Of a DNA stretch of 64,000 nt, positions 1 to 10,850 are shown piece after piece. The DNA lies in contig OZ024743.1 in NCBI GenBank assembly GCA_964016885.1, positions 346,456,001 through 346,520,000 of the forward strand. The letters are read 5' to 3'. Made by a program: the position numbers and the translations under genes. Below the pieces are notes generated by a model. It ran no database searches and was not told where the DNA came from. It saw only the letters and a list, made by a program, of their open reading frames with translations. The DNA is from Eledone cirrhosa (taxonomy: Eukaryota). How positions within the stretch are numbered: position 1 is the first letter of the stretch; every line of letters starts with the position of its first letter.

Positions 1-142
1 AAGTACAACTGTGATTTTTACTGACCAAGGTCAGAGTTAGACAAATAGTTAAACATATATAACTATGTGTGTGTATGTGTGAGTGTGTGTGTTAATGTGA
101 AAGTGTATGCGTGAGAGAGTGTGCGTTCGTGTGCCTATGGAC

Positions 143-210
<68 letters not shown>

Positions 211-238
211 ATATATATATATACATATATATATATCA

Positions 239-308
<70 letters not shown>

Positions 309-398
309 GTATATATATATATATATATAAATGTATATATATATATATGCATATATATATATATATGCATCCATACATAAACATATATGTATATATAT

Positions 399-457
<59 letters not shown>

Positions 458-464
458 TATATAC

Positions 465-496
<32 letters not shown>

Positions 497-517
497 GCAT
501 ATATAGAGTGAGAGTGA

Positions 518-560
<43 letters not shown>

Positions 561-655
561 CATAAACATATGTATGTGTGCGCCTACACATATACATGCA
601 TACGTTCACATATATATACACACATATATATACACACACATATATACATACATAA
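143..655. repeat. (TA)n / (TACATA)n compound microsatellite
   Basis: Directly visible; it explains the IYIY ORFs at 49-723. Confidence 0.95.
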
Positions 656-948
656 TGCAAGTAAGTAGTCTCCCAGTTATTTTTATTTGTTGTTTGGTTT
701 GGTTATGTTGTTATTTTGCCTGATTTCTTTACAATTTATCCATTTGTCCAGCCATACTTTAGAAACAATGTTAAAAGTCACTAATTCTAGTCTTAGTTGC
801 TTGTTAATGAATAAATATATAATGAATCTGGTGAGGTCACTTGTACCTGACATATATGGCCGTTCTTATAATTGTCCACCTCGTCGTCTCTTTCTTTTTC
901 GTCTGTCTCTCTCTCACTCTCTCACTCTCATTTTATTCCTTACTTGTA

Positions 949-1522
949 TATTATTATTATTATTATTATTATTGTTGTTTTTATTTCCTTTCATTATTGT
1001 TTCTGAGATATATGCCGAGTGTCTTCCTGACACCTAGGGCAAATAAATTCACAGTGTGCATTGGTAAGCCAGTTAATGCAGCACATTGATTATAATTAAA
1101 AAAAAACAGTATACATATATACACATGTGCATAGGCATATGTAAATACAAGGAGGGGTATCAATCTTACAGAGAGAGTGCTCTTCTCAATACGTGTGCAG
1201 TACCAGTCAAAACAATTTTTTGCACCTCGTGCAGAGAGGGTAAACCAGGAAACATTCACAAATATTGTTCTGTTCCTTTTATGATCATTCCCAGTCCTCC
1301 CACAATCACTGGTATTGTAACGGCCTTGAAGTGCCTCATTTTCTCAATTTCAATAAGCAGATCTTTATATTTTCGTAGTTTGCCAAATTCTTTTACTGCG
1401 ATATTGTGATCACATGGGATGCTCATATCTATCAATAAACAGACCTTGTTATGTTGATCTTTTACAATGACGTTTTTATGGTCCTGTCAGTATGTACAGG
1501 AAAGTCCCAGAGAATTGTTACT
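949..1522 (-). mobile_element. 3' fragment of an R4/Dong-type RLE non-LTR retrotransposon (copy A, degenerate) ending in (AAT)n
   Basis: Manual minus-strand translation of ~1166-1520 gives ILWDFPVHTD...CLLIDMSIPCD...KLRKYKDL...VTIPVIVGGLG...VLTGTAHVLRRAL, colinear with the RLE domain of ORF 1665-2981. (TAT)n tract at 949-973. Confidence 0.8.
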
Positions 1523-1534
1523 TTTATTATTATT

Positions 1535-1560
1535 GGCCCTTGTGGCTAATAAATGAAATC
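1535..1560 (+). mobile_element. 26-bp 5'-truncated Tx1 3' stub inside (ATT)n
   Basis: ggcccttgtggctaataaatgaaatc is identical to 14496-14521 and has ATT repeats on both sides. Confidence 0.8.
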
Positions 1561-1590
1561 ATTATTATTATTATTATTGTTATTGTTATT

Positions 1591-2982
1591 CCTTGAATCT
1601 CAGTCATTGATGTTGGTTAACTGGAAAGTCCGTTGGATTGAATATCAAGCCACTACCTGCAGCCTCAGATATTCAGGACGTATCGGAGGGTTCTTGCTGT
1701 TCCAAGCAAGCATGCCTTTTGAAGCGTTCCAAAAAGCGTGAAGGGGCCGATTTTCTTTAACCATCCCTGGAAACCTTTGGAGATAGTCCCCAGTGCGCCT
1801 ATGACAATCGGGATCACTTTGACTTCATGGCAGTTCCAAATCCTTTTCACCTCCCACTTTAGGTCCTGGTATCGGTTAATTTTCTCCCTCTCCTTCTCTT
1901 GCACTCTCGTGTCGAACGGGCAGGCCACATCCACAATCAGGCACGATCTTTTTTCTTTGTCCACAACCACCAGGTCAGGTCTATTGTGTTCCAGTTTTTT
2001 GTCCGTCTGTATCCTAAAATCCCACAGCACCTTCACCTGACTGTTCTCCATCACCGCCTCTGGCCTATGCTCATACCATTTCTCAGAATGTGGTAGATTG
2101 TTTACTTTGCACAGGTGCCAGTGGATCACCCTGCCCATCACATCGTGTCTCCAGCCCTTATAGTGGGTCTGGGCTAGGTGTTTACACTCGGACACAATGT
2201 GAGCCACAGTCTCCTCTCTCTCTCCACAGATCCTGCACAGTGGGCTAGCCTCCTCCTTGTAGATATGGTGCTTCAACCACTTCGTTTTGAGGGCCTGCTC
2301 CTGCGCAGCCATTAGCATTCCTTCTGTAGCCTTTTTGAGGTCTCCTCTTCTCAACCAGTTCCATGTCTGTGGATCTCTAAATTCAGTTTTCTCAAAGAAG
2401 GTACTATGAAGGGATTTTCCCTTAAGGCTGCTCTTCCTCCTTGATGTTATTTCCTCCTTGGACATCCCCTGGCCTACTGTCCCCTCCTTCAGTACAGTTC
2501 TGAGCATTGGCTCCTTACTATAGGTCACGTATTTGTATAGGTTGTTTTTCTCCATCTGAACACAGTCCTCTATGCTGATAAGACCTCTTCCACCCTCAGA
2601 TCTCCTTAGGTAGAGTCTATCGACATCACTCCTCTTGTGGAACATGTTGTAGATAGTCAATAGCTTCCTAGTCTTCCTATCCATTTCTTTTTGTTCAGCA
2701 ACATTCCATCTCAGAATTCCCGCACTGTACCTAATAATAGACACAGCTCGGGAATTTACTGCGCTTATGGCATTTCTGCTGTTCAGATGTGACTTCAATA
2801 CGCTCCTTACTCTCCGAATGTATTCAGTTCTTAACAATTCCTTCATTTTTTTGTTCTTTATGCCATCAGCCTCCAGAACGCCCAAATACTTGTATCCTTC
2901 CTCAGAGTCAATTTCTTTTATCATCTCACCTGTTGGTATCTGGATCCCGTTACTTCTGCTCAACCTACCCCTCTTCATCACA
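1591..2982 (-). mobile_element. 5'-truncated R4/Dong-type RLE non-LTR retrotransposon (copy B) in (TAA)n
   Basis: Contains the intact 438-aa ORF; flanked by (ATT)n at 1561-1590 and 2993-3037. Dong-group elements are known (TAA)n-specific inserters. Confidence 0.88.
1665..2981 (-). CDS. C-terminal part of the R4/Dong polyprotein: end of RT and thumb, CCHC zinc finger, restriction-like endonuclease
   Basis: YKYLG; RLYLRRSEGGRGL; CRICGEREETVAHIVSEC; RHD; WDFRIQTD; NRPDLVV...IVDVACP...KINRYQDL (PD..D RLE); VIPIVIGALG. Confidence 0.9.
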   Translation of the reverse strand: MMKRGRLSRSNGIQIPTGEMIKEIDSEEGYKYLGVLEADGIKNKKMKELLRTEYIRRVRSVLKSHLNSRNAISAVNSRAVSIIRYSAGILRWNVAEQKEMDRKTRKLLTIYNMFHKRSDVDRLYLRRSEGGRGLISIEDCVQMEKNNLYKYVTYSKEPMLRTVLKEGTVGQGMSKEEITSRRKSSLKGKSLHSTFFEKTEFRDPQTWNWLRRGDLKKATEGMLMAAQEQALKTKWLKHHIYKEEASPLCRICGEREETVAHIVSECKHLAQTHYKGWRHDVMGRVIHWHLCKVNNLPHSEKWYEHRPEAVMENSQVKVLWDFRIQTDKKLEHNRPDLVVVDKEKRSCLIVDVACPFDTRVQEKEREKINRYQDLKWEVKRIWNCHEVKVIPIVIGALGTISKGFQGWLKKIGPFTLFGTLQKACLLGTARTLRYVLNI

Positions 2983-2990
2983 ATGAATCA

Positions 2991-2992
<2 letters not shown>

Positions 2993-3037
<45 letters not shown>
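2993..3037. repeat. (ATT)15 microsatellite between Dong copy B and Tx1 copy 1
   Basis: Directly visible. Confidence 0.95.
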
Positions 3038-3258
3038 GGCGACCTACGTAGTAAATCGTATCATCGTGAGCTCTACAAAGGTTTGTTATTTTCTGTTGTT
3101 TAAATTTGCCATTCATGGAAAATGTTTATTGTTTATTGTTAACTGTATATAAGTGCACATACATTGTTATCTGAAAAGGACACCCAAAAAGATTGGGGCC
3201 TTGAGCCCAAAATTTAAACTTTTATAATTATCAAACAAAAATTTTTCTTTCAAAAATC

Positions 3259-5001
3259 ATGGATGACTCAGAGTCACTCCTTCCTCACAAACTAACACCT
3301 CACACCGACACCACCATTGTAAATATTACTACGTTTACCAACACTAAAAATATAAGCAGTAGCAATATTTTAAATTTGTCTCAGGCAGACATTCATTTCC
3401 CGCCATTACCAATGACTGCAGGTGTTAAAGCCGCTACCACCACCCCTACCGCGACAACAAAAACAAAATAAAAAAATAAATTAACTCGTGATATCGAAAT
3501 GAATTCAACCAAAATGAACTGTTCCACACCGAATACCACTGACGCCACCACCACCACCACAACTGAAACTAAAATTAATAATAACAAAAATAACGATAAC
3601 AACAACAGCAACAATGACATTAAGAAAACTACCCTGAGTTTTGCCAGAGTAGCAAAACAGTGCGAAGCATTTCAGGTAACTCAGGAGGAATTAGAAGAAG
3701 CCAAAAAAACGGTAAAGAAAAATGGGTACAGGGTCAGCAGAAATATGGAACCGTGGACGTGTTCTTTGAAACACCACAGGAGGCTAGAGAACACTCCATG
3801 GCCCCATTAAGAAGTGACGACTTCACACTCGTCCCAAGCTATTGTGGCCAGAGACTCGTAAAGATCAGGGTCACCCATGTTCCACCGACAATCGAAATTT
3901 ACTGGCTAATAGCTGCCGTACACGCCGGCATCGAAGCTAACACCAAGATAATCGAAATAGCGAAAGAAAAGCAGGAGAACTGGTCCGGATCTGGGATGGA
4001 GCTCCTGATCCAAGCGGACCAAAAAAGCATTGAGGAGATCCCAGAGGTAATAGACCTCACTGACGGCAGCCACCTCACCGTAATTGTGGAGGGCAGAAGG
4101 CCTAGGTGTGTCGTTTGTGGTGAAGGAACCCACCTAAGGGATTTCTGCCCTCAGGCTAAAAGTTTGAGGCCACCTCTCCTACCCACACCAGTGACTCAAC
4201 CATCAACACCACCAGCAGCAACAACTGTAGCAGCAACAACGGAAGCAACTGTAACAGCAACAACCCCAGCACCAGTAGCAAAACCAACACCACCACCACT
4301 CAACGCACCAGAACTAGCACCAGCGCCAACATCATCCACCTCGCCACAACCAAAACCAACGCCTGTGGAGAATTTTCCACTCCCCGGCCTATCACAACTG
4401 GAGACAGAATATGACGACGAGGAGTGGGAAACGGTATCAGGAAAAGCAAAAAAACAAACCAAAAAAGAAAAAATTCTCTTCCCTCCCCATCCAAAAACAA
4501 AATACAGAGGGAAACAAATAAACTATCAAACAAAAAAGTTATGACAGATATGCCACCATCCACACCAGCATCCCCAACACCATCACCACAAACACCAACA
4601 CCATCACCATCATTAACCCCAACACCACCATCACCAACACCACAAAAGTCACCAAAGAGCGAAGCAGAAACAAACCCACAACAAACCCAAACAAAACCAA
4701 ACCATACACACTACACAGCATTAAATTTGAACAACAACCAATTATTACAGTACATCCAACACAACACCATCATCACAGAAAAAGACTACACAACAACCCA
4801 AAAGTTCACACCACCTCCACACATACAAATCACTCGCATCACACAGAAAACGTACATGACACTAAAACAAAAATCCCCCAAATCATCGGAGACTTCCGAC
4901 CAGCACTCTCCAGGAGGATTTATAAGGACATCATTCCTGAGGAGGCCACAAGCAGTGAAAAGGATGGAGAAACCGTCCTTCCTCTACGAGAAGTAAGGTA
5001 A
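3259..5001 (+). pseudogene. Tx1 copy 1 ORF1 (RRM-like region, CCHC knuckle, Pro/Thr linker, C-terminal domain), frameshifted
   Basis: Pieces 3259, 3499, 3660 and 4424; YGTVDVFF...KIRVTHVPP; CVVCGEGTHLRDFC (CX2CX4HX4C). Probable true end ...LPLREVR* (agg taa, 4996-5001). Confidence 0.8.
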
Positions 5002-5035
5002 GTGGTCTTTCCCATCTTTTCCACTCCATTTCAAC

Positions 5036-8000
5036 CTGACTTCACTCAGAATAGGCAGCATAAATGTGCGTGGCTTGGGGTCGTCATGGAAGCAGGGCCA
5101 CCTGCTCAACGACCTCAGGTCACAAAACATAAATATAGTGGCCATCAGCGAGAGCAGAATCTCCGAAGCACGGGCCTTCGCATCGATCTTCGGAGGCTAC
5201 GATGTGTACGCATCTACCAGCCGTCCGGGATCGGAGGGGAGGAGTTGCTGTGCTTTTTCGGAGAGGTTTGGATCTCGCCATACGGGCCATCTTCTTGGAC
5301 CCAGAAGGTAAGTTGGTGGTGCTGGACGCGACCAGCCGAGACGGGCAAGCTTTCAGGCTAGTGGCCTATATGCCCCAACAGGAGCAGGGAGGCCTGATTT
5401 CTTCCGGCGTCTGGAACCTGTCTTAGAACGTCCCGCTCTTTAGTGTTAGTGGGCGACTGGAACGGGATCTGAGATGCACGCTGGGACTGTGTGGGATTAG
5501 CGGATAGGAGAGGAGGGTACAAGAGTCTCACCAACCTGCTCAGGCATTTTGAACTGTCTGACAATGTGGCCTTGAACAAATCGCATAGGGTCATCCAGAT
5601 CATATCTAGATAGAGTATTTTGTAGGGAAATAGATAGGAAATAGATAAGCTGTCCACAATTCAAGATAGTCAGCTACACGGACCACAAATTCGTGATCTG
5701 TGTGCTTGACTTAGATAGGCTTCATAAACGAGGACCCGGCTACTGGAAGCTAAACGCGTCCTTACCAGCGCGCAAAGCCTACAGAGACCGGATTAGCGAA
5801 CTAGTTAAGCGGGCGTTGACGGGGGCCATCGTCAACAACAAGTGGTGGTTTGCTCTGAAAAGCGCAATTAGAATATAGTCCATTAGGTTTAGTAAGGCTT
5901 TAGCAATAGAGAAAAAATAGAGCAGAGGGAGAATTAGTTAGAAAATTAGTCGAGGCGCTTAGCAAAGGCATCGCGACCGACGTACTTGCGGCGAAATTGG
6001 CCCTTGACCAATTCTTCAATGCAAAGCACGAAGGCTGGGTTGGCAGAGCTAGGGCGCGTGCTCTCAGACACAAGGGGACAAAAGCCGTTCAATGGGCCCG
6101 AGTGGCGGAGGCGCGTCGTGGCAACACAGCCACGATCCTGTCTTTGGTGGACCACGACGGGCGCATGCTACTCGATCCCGGCAAATGTGTGAAGCTCTTC
6201 AGCGACACTTCGCTCAACTGTTCGGGGGCAGCGGCGGGCCCGATCGAGGGATCGACTTTAGTGTCTACCTCGACGGACTGCCGCGGCTCTTGGCCACTGA
6301 GGCGGAGTGTTGCGAAAAGCCGATAACAGCCGGTGAAGTACGGGAGGCAATGACTGGCTGCAGAAGGGGTAAATCGCTTGGTTTGGATGGTCTGCCCTAT
6401 GAACTTTACGTACAAATGCCAGACTTGTTCGGAGGCCTCTTGGCGGACGTCTACTCCAAATGGCAACAGAACGGAAGAATTCCCAGCTCTGTGAGCCGAG
6501 GAGCGGTGGCGCTGCTGAGAAAGGATCCGAACAAGGGGGATAACATAGATAATTTTAGGCCCATAACTTTGTTAACACAGAGTTCAAGATTTTGGCCAAG
6601 GTGTAAGCAAAGGGGTTGGTGCTTGTCGTTGGTGGTCTGGTGGGAGAGGCGCAGAAATGGGCCATTCCAGACAGATCCATCCACGACAACCTCCCCCTCA
6701 TGCAATACATCGTAGAGATGGTAGCTAAGGAACCTGGCACGGGTGGGTCTTTGATCAATTTAGATCAGTCGAAAGCTTTCGATAGGGTCAACCATCGTTA
6801 CCTAGCGCGATCCTGTGGGCGGCTGGCTTTGGGCCTGTCTTCAAAGGCTGGATCGCTGCCATGCACAGCGACATCTGCTCTGTGGTGAGAGTGAACGGTC
6901 ACCTTTCGGAACCGTTCAACATAATGCGCTCGGTCCGCCAAGGATGTCCCCTCTCGTCCCTCTTGTACGTATTGACTCTCGAGCCATTACTGCACAAACT
7001 GGAGACGTTGGGGGGGGGGGTCCCGCGTGAACTAGTATGCGGAAGATCCGTGTCAGCATATGCGGACGATGTCACCGTAGTGGTGTCGAACGCCAAACAC
7101 ATCGAGGCGATCGGCACTACACTAAGAGAATACGAAGCGGTGACAAGAGCAATGATCAACCATCAAAAGTCAGTGGGCCTGCAGCTCGGCACCTGGAGAG
7201 GCACGTCCATGCCGTCCAACAGCGTCGTCGGGCGCTGGACGGACGGACCGGTTCAATTGCTAGGGGTCTGGTTCGGTCCGGACCTCCAGACGGACAAAAA
7301 CTTGAACGAGGTGACGAGCAGGGTGGCGTCTCTCACCCAGAAATGGGCGGAGAGGAAGCTATACCTGAAAGGTCGAGCGGAGGTGGCTAACGCGTACATC
7401 ACGTCCGTCATCTACTACCGACTGACCGTCGTACCTTGTCCTAAGCCCCGCCTGACTGCGCTGGAGCGTTTGCTCTTTCTCTTTTTGTGGAAGGGACGCG
7501 CTCCGAAGGTCAGGCGGTCCATCTGCTGTCAACACCCGCTACATGGAGGGCTGGGCATGCCGTGGCTGATGATGCGCAGACACGCGCTCAGGCTACGACA
7601 TCTCCACCTCTTCCTCGACGGTGATCAGGTGTGGTCACCGTTTTCTAGACACGTCTTTCCCCAGCTCCTCTCCTTGACGGAGCTGCAGTCCTAGGTCAAG
7701 CGAAGGCCGAGAGGGAGCGCTTGGAGACTGGAATGTCTTCAGGCGCTCACAGCCCTCGACCAATCGGGCAATGTGATCGGTGGAAACTCCACCTTGGCGT
7801 TATATAGAGGATTAGTGGACAGGAAGAGCGACGACGTACTTGGAGAAACTCTAGGCGTCGACGAAAATCAACTAGCCAATCTCTTCGGAAGGACTTTCGG
7901 GCCGATGCCTATGGACAACTTCCAGAAATCCCTGGCCTGGCAGTGCTACCGAGGAGCTTTTCAGTTTGGGATAAACTCTGCAGGCATGGAGGTGCCGTCA

Positions 8001-8425
8001 GCCGGGCATGTCGGAGATGCGCGCAGGGCGACGAAACCGTCCTGCACGCACTTTTCCAGTGTCCGAGCATTGCTGACTCGTGGGTTTATGTCGAACACCT
8101 GCTGTCACGTGTCGGACGGATCCAGCTATCAGCTGAGTCCATCGTGAGGATTGCCCCGCCCTCTTCCTTTAGCCGGGAAGGGCAGGCAGTTTTTATCCGT
8201 CTGGTGGCCATGGCGAAAGAGATAGTATGGTGGACACGTTTGAAAGGGCTGAAGACGAGCACTTAACTCTTAGGTGATGCCCTGATTAACCTTTTCAAAT
8301 TTCATTTGAAAAGGAAAATCAGGGTAGAGAGGGAAGTGTTCTCTTCCCAGCATTTTGTTGAAAGATGGGTGAGAGAAGCAAGTATGGCCCGAGTGAATGG
8401 GCCTACACTGAGTATGTGTCTGTAA
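5036..8425 (+). pseudogene. Tx1 copy 1 ORF2 (APE endonuclease, RT, zf-RVT-like Cys region) with many stops and frameshifts
   Basis: IGSINVRGL, ISESR, GDWN, TDH, GPGYWKLN, FRPITLL, LDQSKAFDRV, VRQGCPLS, YADD, CRRC...ETVLHALFQC. Confidence 0.92.
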
Positions 8426-8675
8426 ATTAAAGGTGGAAAACTGGGAGAGGGCACTTGCCCTGGTGTTCAGGGTCACTGTGGCCTATTAATGGGCTTTCTC
8501 CACAAATGTCCCTCGGAAGTCTCCCCCCTATTGGGGAATTTTTTCATTGTTCGATTATTACATCCTCTGTTTCTTGTTTTTTTGCACGCAGAAATGCCCA
8601 TTTGTACCGCCCTGTATTGTCCTGTATTGTCCTTAATGTCTACTTTATGTAGACCCTTGTGGTTAATAAAGAAAG

Positions 8676-8676
<1 letters not shown>

Positions 8677-8709
<33 letters not shown>
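8677..8709. repeat. (ATT)11: tail of copy 1 and insertion site of copy 2
   Basis: Directly visible. Confidence 0.95.
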
Positions 8710-8920
8710 GACGAAAGTGGATGTACGTTTTTTGAAGCTCCGTGAGTAAGCAATTTTTTGAGGATTAATTGTGGAGAATTGTTTATTTTTTTGTACCGCT
8801 GAAGCATTATAAGACATTCATTTGTATCCTGTGAAGGAATAACTCATAATATTTGGGCCTTTTGGCCCAAATATTTGAACTTTATTTTGGAAAAATAATA
8901 ATTTCTTTTCTCAAAAAAAC

Positions 8921-10817
8921 ATGGCGGAGCCACGCCCCCTAGAGGCGGGTCTGCTGTCGTGCAACGGCGACTTGAGCGTTGAGAGGAGAGGTGGGGCGAG
9001 GAGCGCCACCAGCACGAGTGTGAGCAGCGACAGTGCCAGCACCAACGGGCTGAAGGTGGTAACAGCGACAACACCAACACCAACAAGCCGAACAGCGCAG
9101 AAGGTGGTAATAGCGAGAGCACCAACAAAACGAACAGCACAGAGAGTAATAGTAGCGACAGCAGCAGCACCAACAAGGCCAACAGCACAGAGGGTAACCA
9201 CGACACAGGGGAGAACAACAACAGCAATAGCAGCAGCAACACCAACAAGAACAACAACAGTGACAACACCAACAAGAACACCTTCGCTGCTGTGGCAGCG
9301 GCTAAAAGGAGACCGTGCTACAGCAACGACTTAACCAGCAGAGAGGAAAAGTTGGCCCAGGCCTGGAAAATCATAAATCAAGAGCAGACCTGGGCAAACT
9401 TAACTGTCCCGGCAGAAGCCATTGAGGCAGTGGAAAAAAGAACGGTGCATTTCAGATGCATCTCAGTAGAGACAAAGAGGGCAGCGATAATCGCCCAAGC
9501 TGATATAGAAGCCGCACTGAAATACATCAGAGAGGACACAGACTTCATAGAGAGGGGCAGGCAATACGGCACCGTTTCGGTGCTGTTCAAGTCTGAAGCC
9601 CTCGCTGTGAAGCATTCAATGACCCCTTGCAAAACCAGCAAGGTCATAATGTACCCTCCCACATGGGAAAACGAATAGCACGTGTGCGCATTCCCAGGAT
9701 TCCACCAGGACTTGATATGTGGTGGCTCCTGGGTTGCGTAATCGTGGAAGGAACGGATACAGTCCCGGTAGAGGCAACGAGAACTGCCAGGGACGACTGG
9801 TCCGGGGTTGATCTGGAGATACTGCTCCAAATCAGACCCGAAAACGTAAAAGCAATCCCGGACCACATCCGCCTCCAAAACGGGAGGGTGTTGCATATAA
9901 TGACTGAGGGCAAAAGGCCGCATTGTTTCCTTTGTGGGGAAACGACACACTTGCGAGCCTTCTGCCCTCAACTGCCGAAAAGCGCAAGGGGTCGAAAGAT
10001 TCCACTGCTGGCGACGCCGGGACAAGGACCACCAGCAACACCGTCAACAATGGAACCACCAAAATTGCACACCCAGGGGGGAAACGAGGAAAGCTCTCCC
10101 ATTCCCCCTCCCCTCCAAAATACACACACGAACAAGAACATAAACACTCACTCAGACACAAACACGCTCAGAGCCACAGACCCCTCATCCTCCAGCAGTG
10201 AAGATGAGGGAAAACCAAAGTCCCCCAAAATACAAAAAACAAAACACAAAAAAAAAAGAAATCCACAAAGCACAAACACCCCCACAAAAAAAATACACAC
10301 ACCACCCACACAAACATTTTCCCCACAGCATCACCAACACAACCACCAAAATCCCCCAAACGCAAACAAGCTAAACAGACACAAGAACAAATAGACACAC
10401 AAACATCAGAAACTACAGACACCCCACCCACAACAAACGCAGACACAATAGAAACAACACTAACAAAGCTATCACCACCACAATCACACGAACAAATAAA
10501 ACCCGAGCAACAAAACATTAAAAACTTCGTGCTTGCCAGAAGGGCCAACAAGGAATTGATGGCCCATGTAGCACGAAGCACAAACATCGAAAAAGAGGGG
10601 GGAAACATTTGAAGCGAGCACATTTCGCGCACCAGATAATTTGCTTCTGATGCGAATGTCGCTCGCTTCATACAAAGAAATTCGAAAGAGCTTTCCTCGG
10701 GATGTGGGAACCCCGAACGTAAAACCCACTTCAAGACTATTAAAGGGGTTCCCAAAAGAAACCCCACAAACCATGGAGGTCGAACCACCCGACCTTCACA
10801 AGACCCCCGGAAGGTAA
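8921..10817 (+). pseudogene. Tx1 copy 2 ORF1 (Asn/Ser/Thr-rich N-terminus, RRM-like region, CCHC knuckle, C-terminal domain), frameshifted
   Basis: Pieces 8921, 9292 and 9627; YGTVSVLF, RVRIPRIPPG, CFLCGETTHLRAFC; ends ...DLHKTPGR* (taa 10815-10817). Confidence 0.85.
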
Positions 10818-10850
10818 GTAAACCTTTCCTCTCCCATTCATCCTGCCAGC

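Larger units (their letters stand above)
3038..8676 (+). mobile_element. Full-length, mutated L1/Tx1-clade LINE (copy 1)
   Basis: 5'UTR, ORF1, ORF2 and a 3'UTR ending ...ccttgtggttaataaagaaagc followed by (ATT)11. Confidence 0.92.

Noticed and set aside
49-723. Long IYIY/CVCV/THTH ORFs here and at 19.9-21, 26-29.5, 36.3-40.7, 48, 56 and 60.6-61.4 kb
   Set aside because: Stop-free translations of (TA)n/(CA)n microsatellites; not genes.
9378-10788. Long antisense ORFs (215 aa and 206 aa) opposite Tx1 ORF1
   Set aside because: Explained by the C/A-rich composition of the coding strand; no equivalent conserved ORF in the other copies.
10814-10849. GT...AG mini-intron fusing ORF1 to ORF2
   Set aside because: Only 36 nt here and 28 nt in copy 5, the AG position is not conserved, and joining 10813 to 10850 is in frame only in this copy as far as I can tell. 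Kept only as a junction to test.
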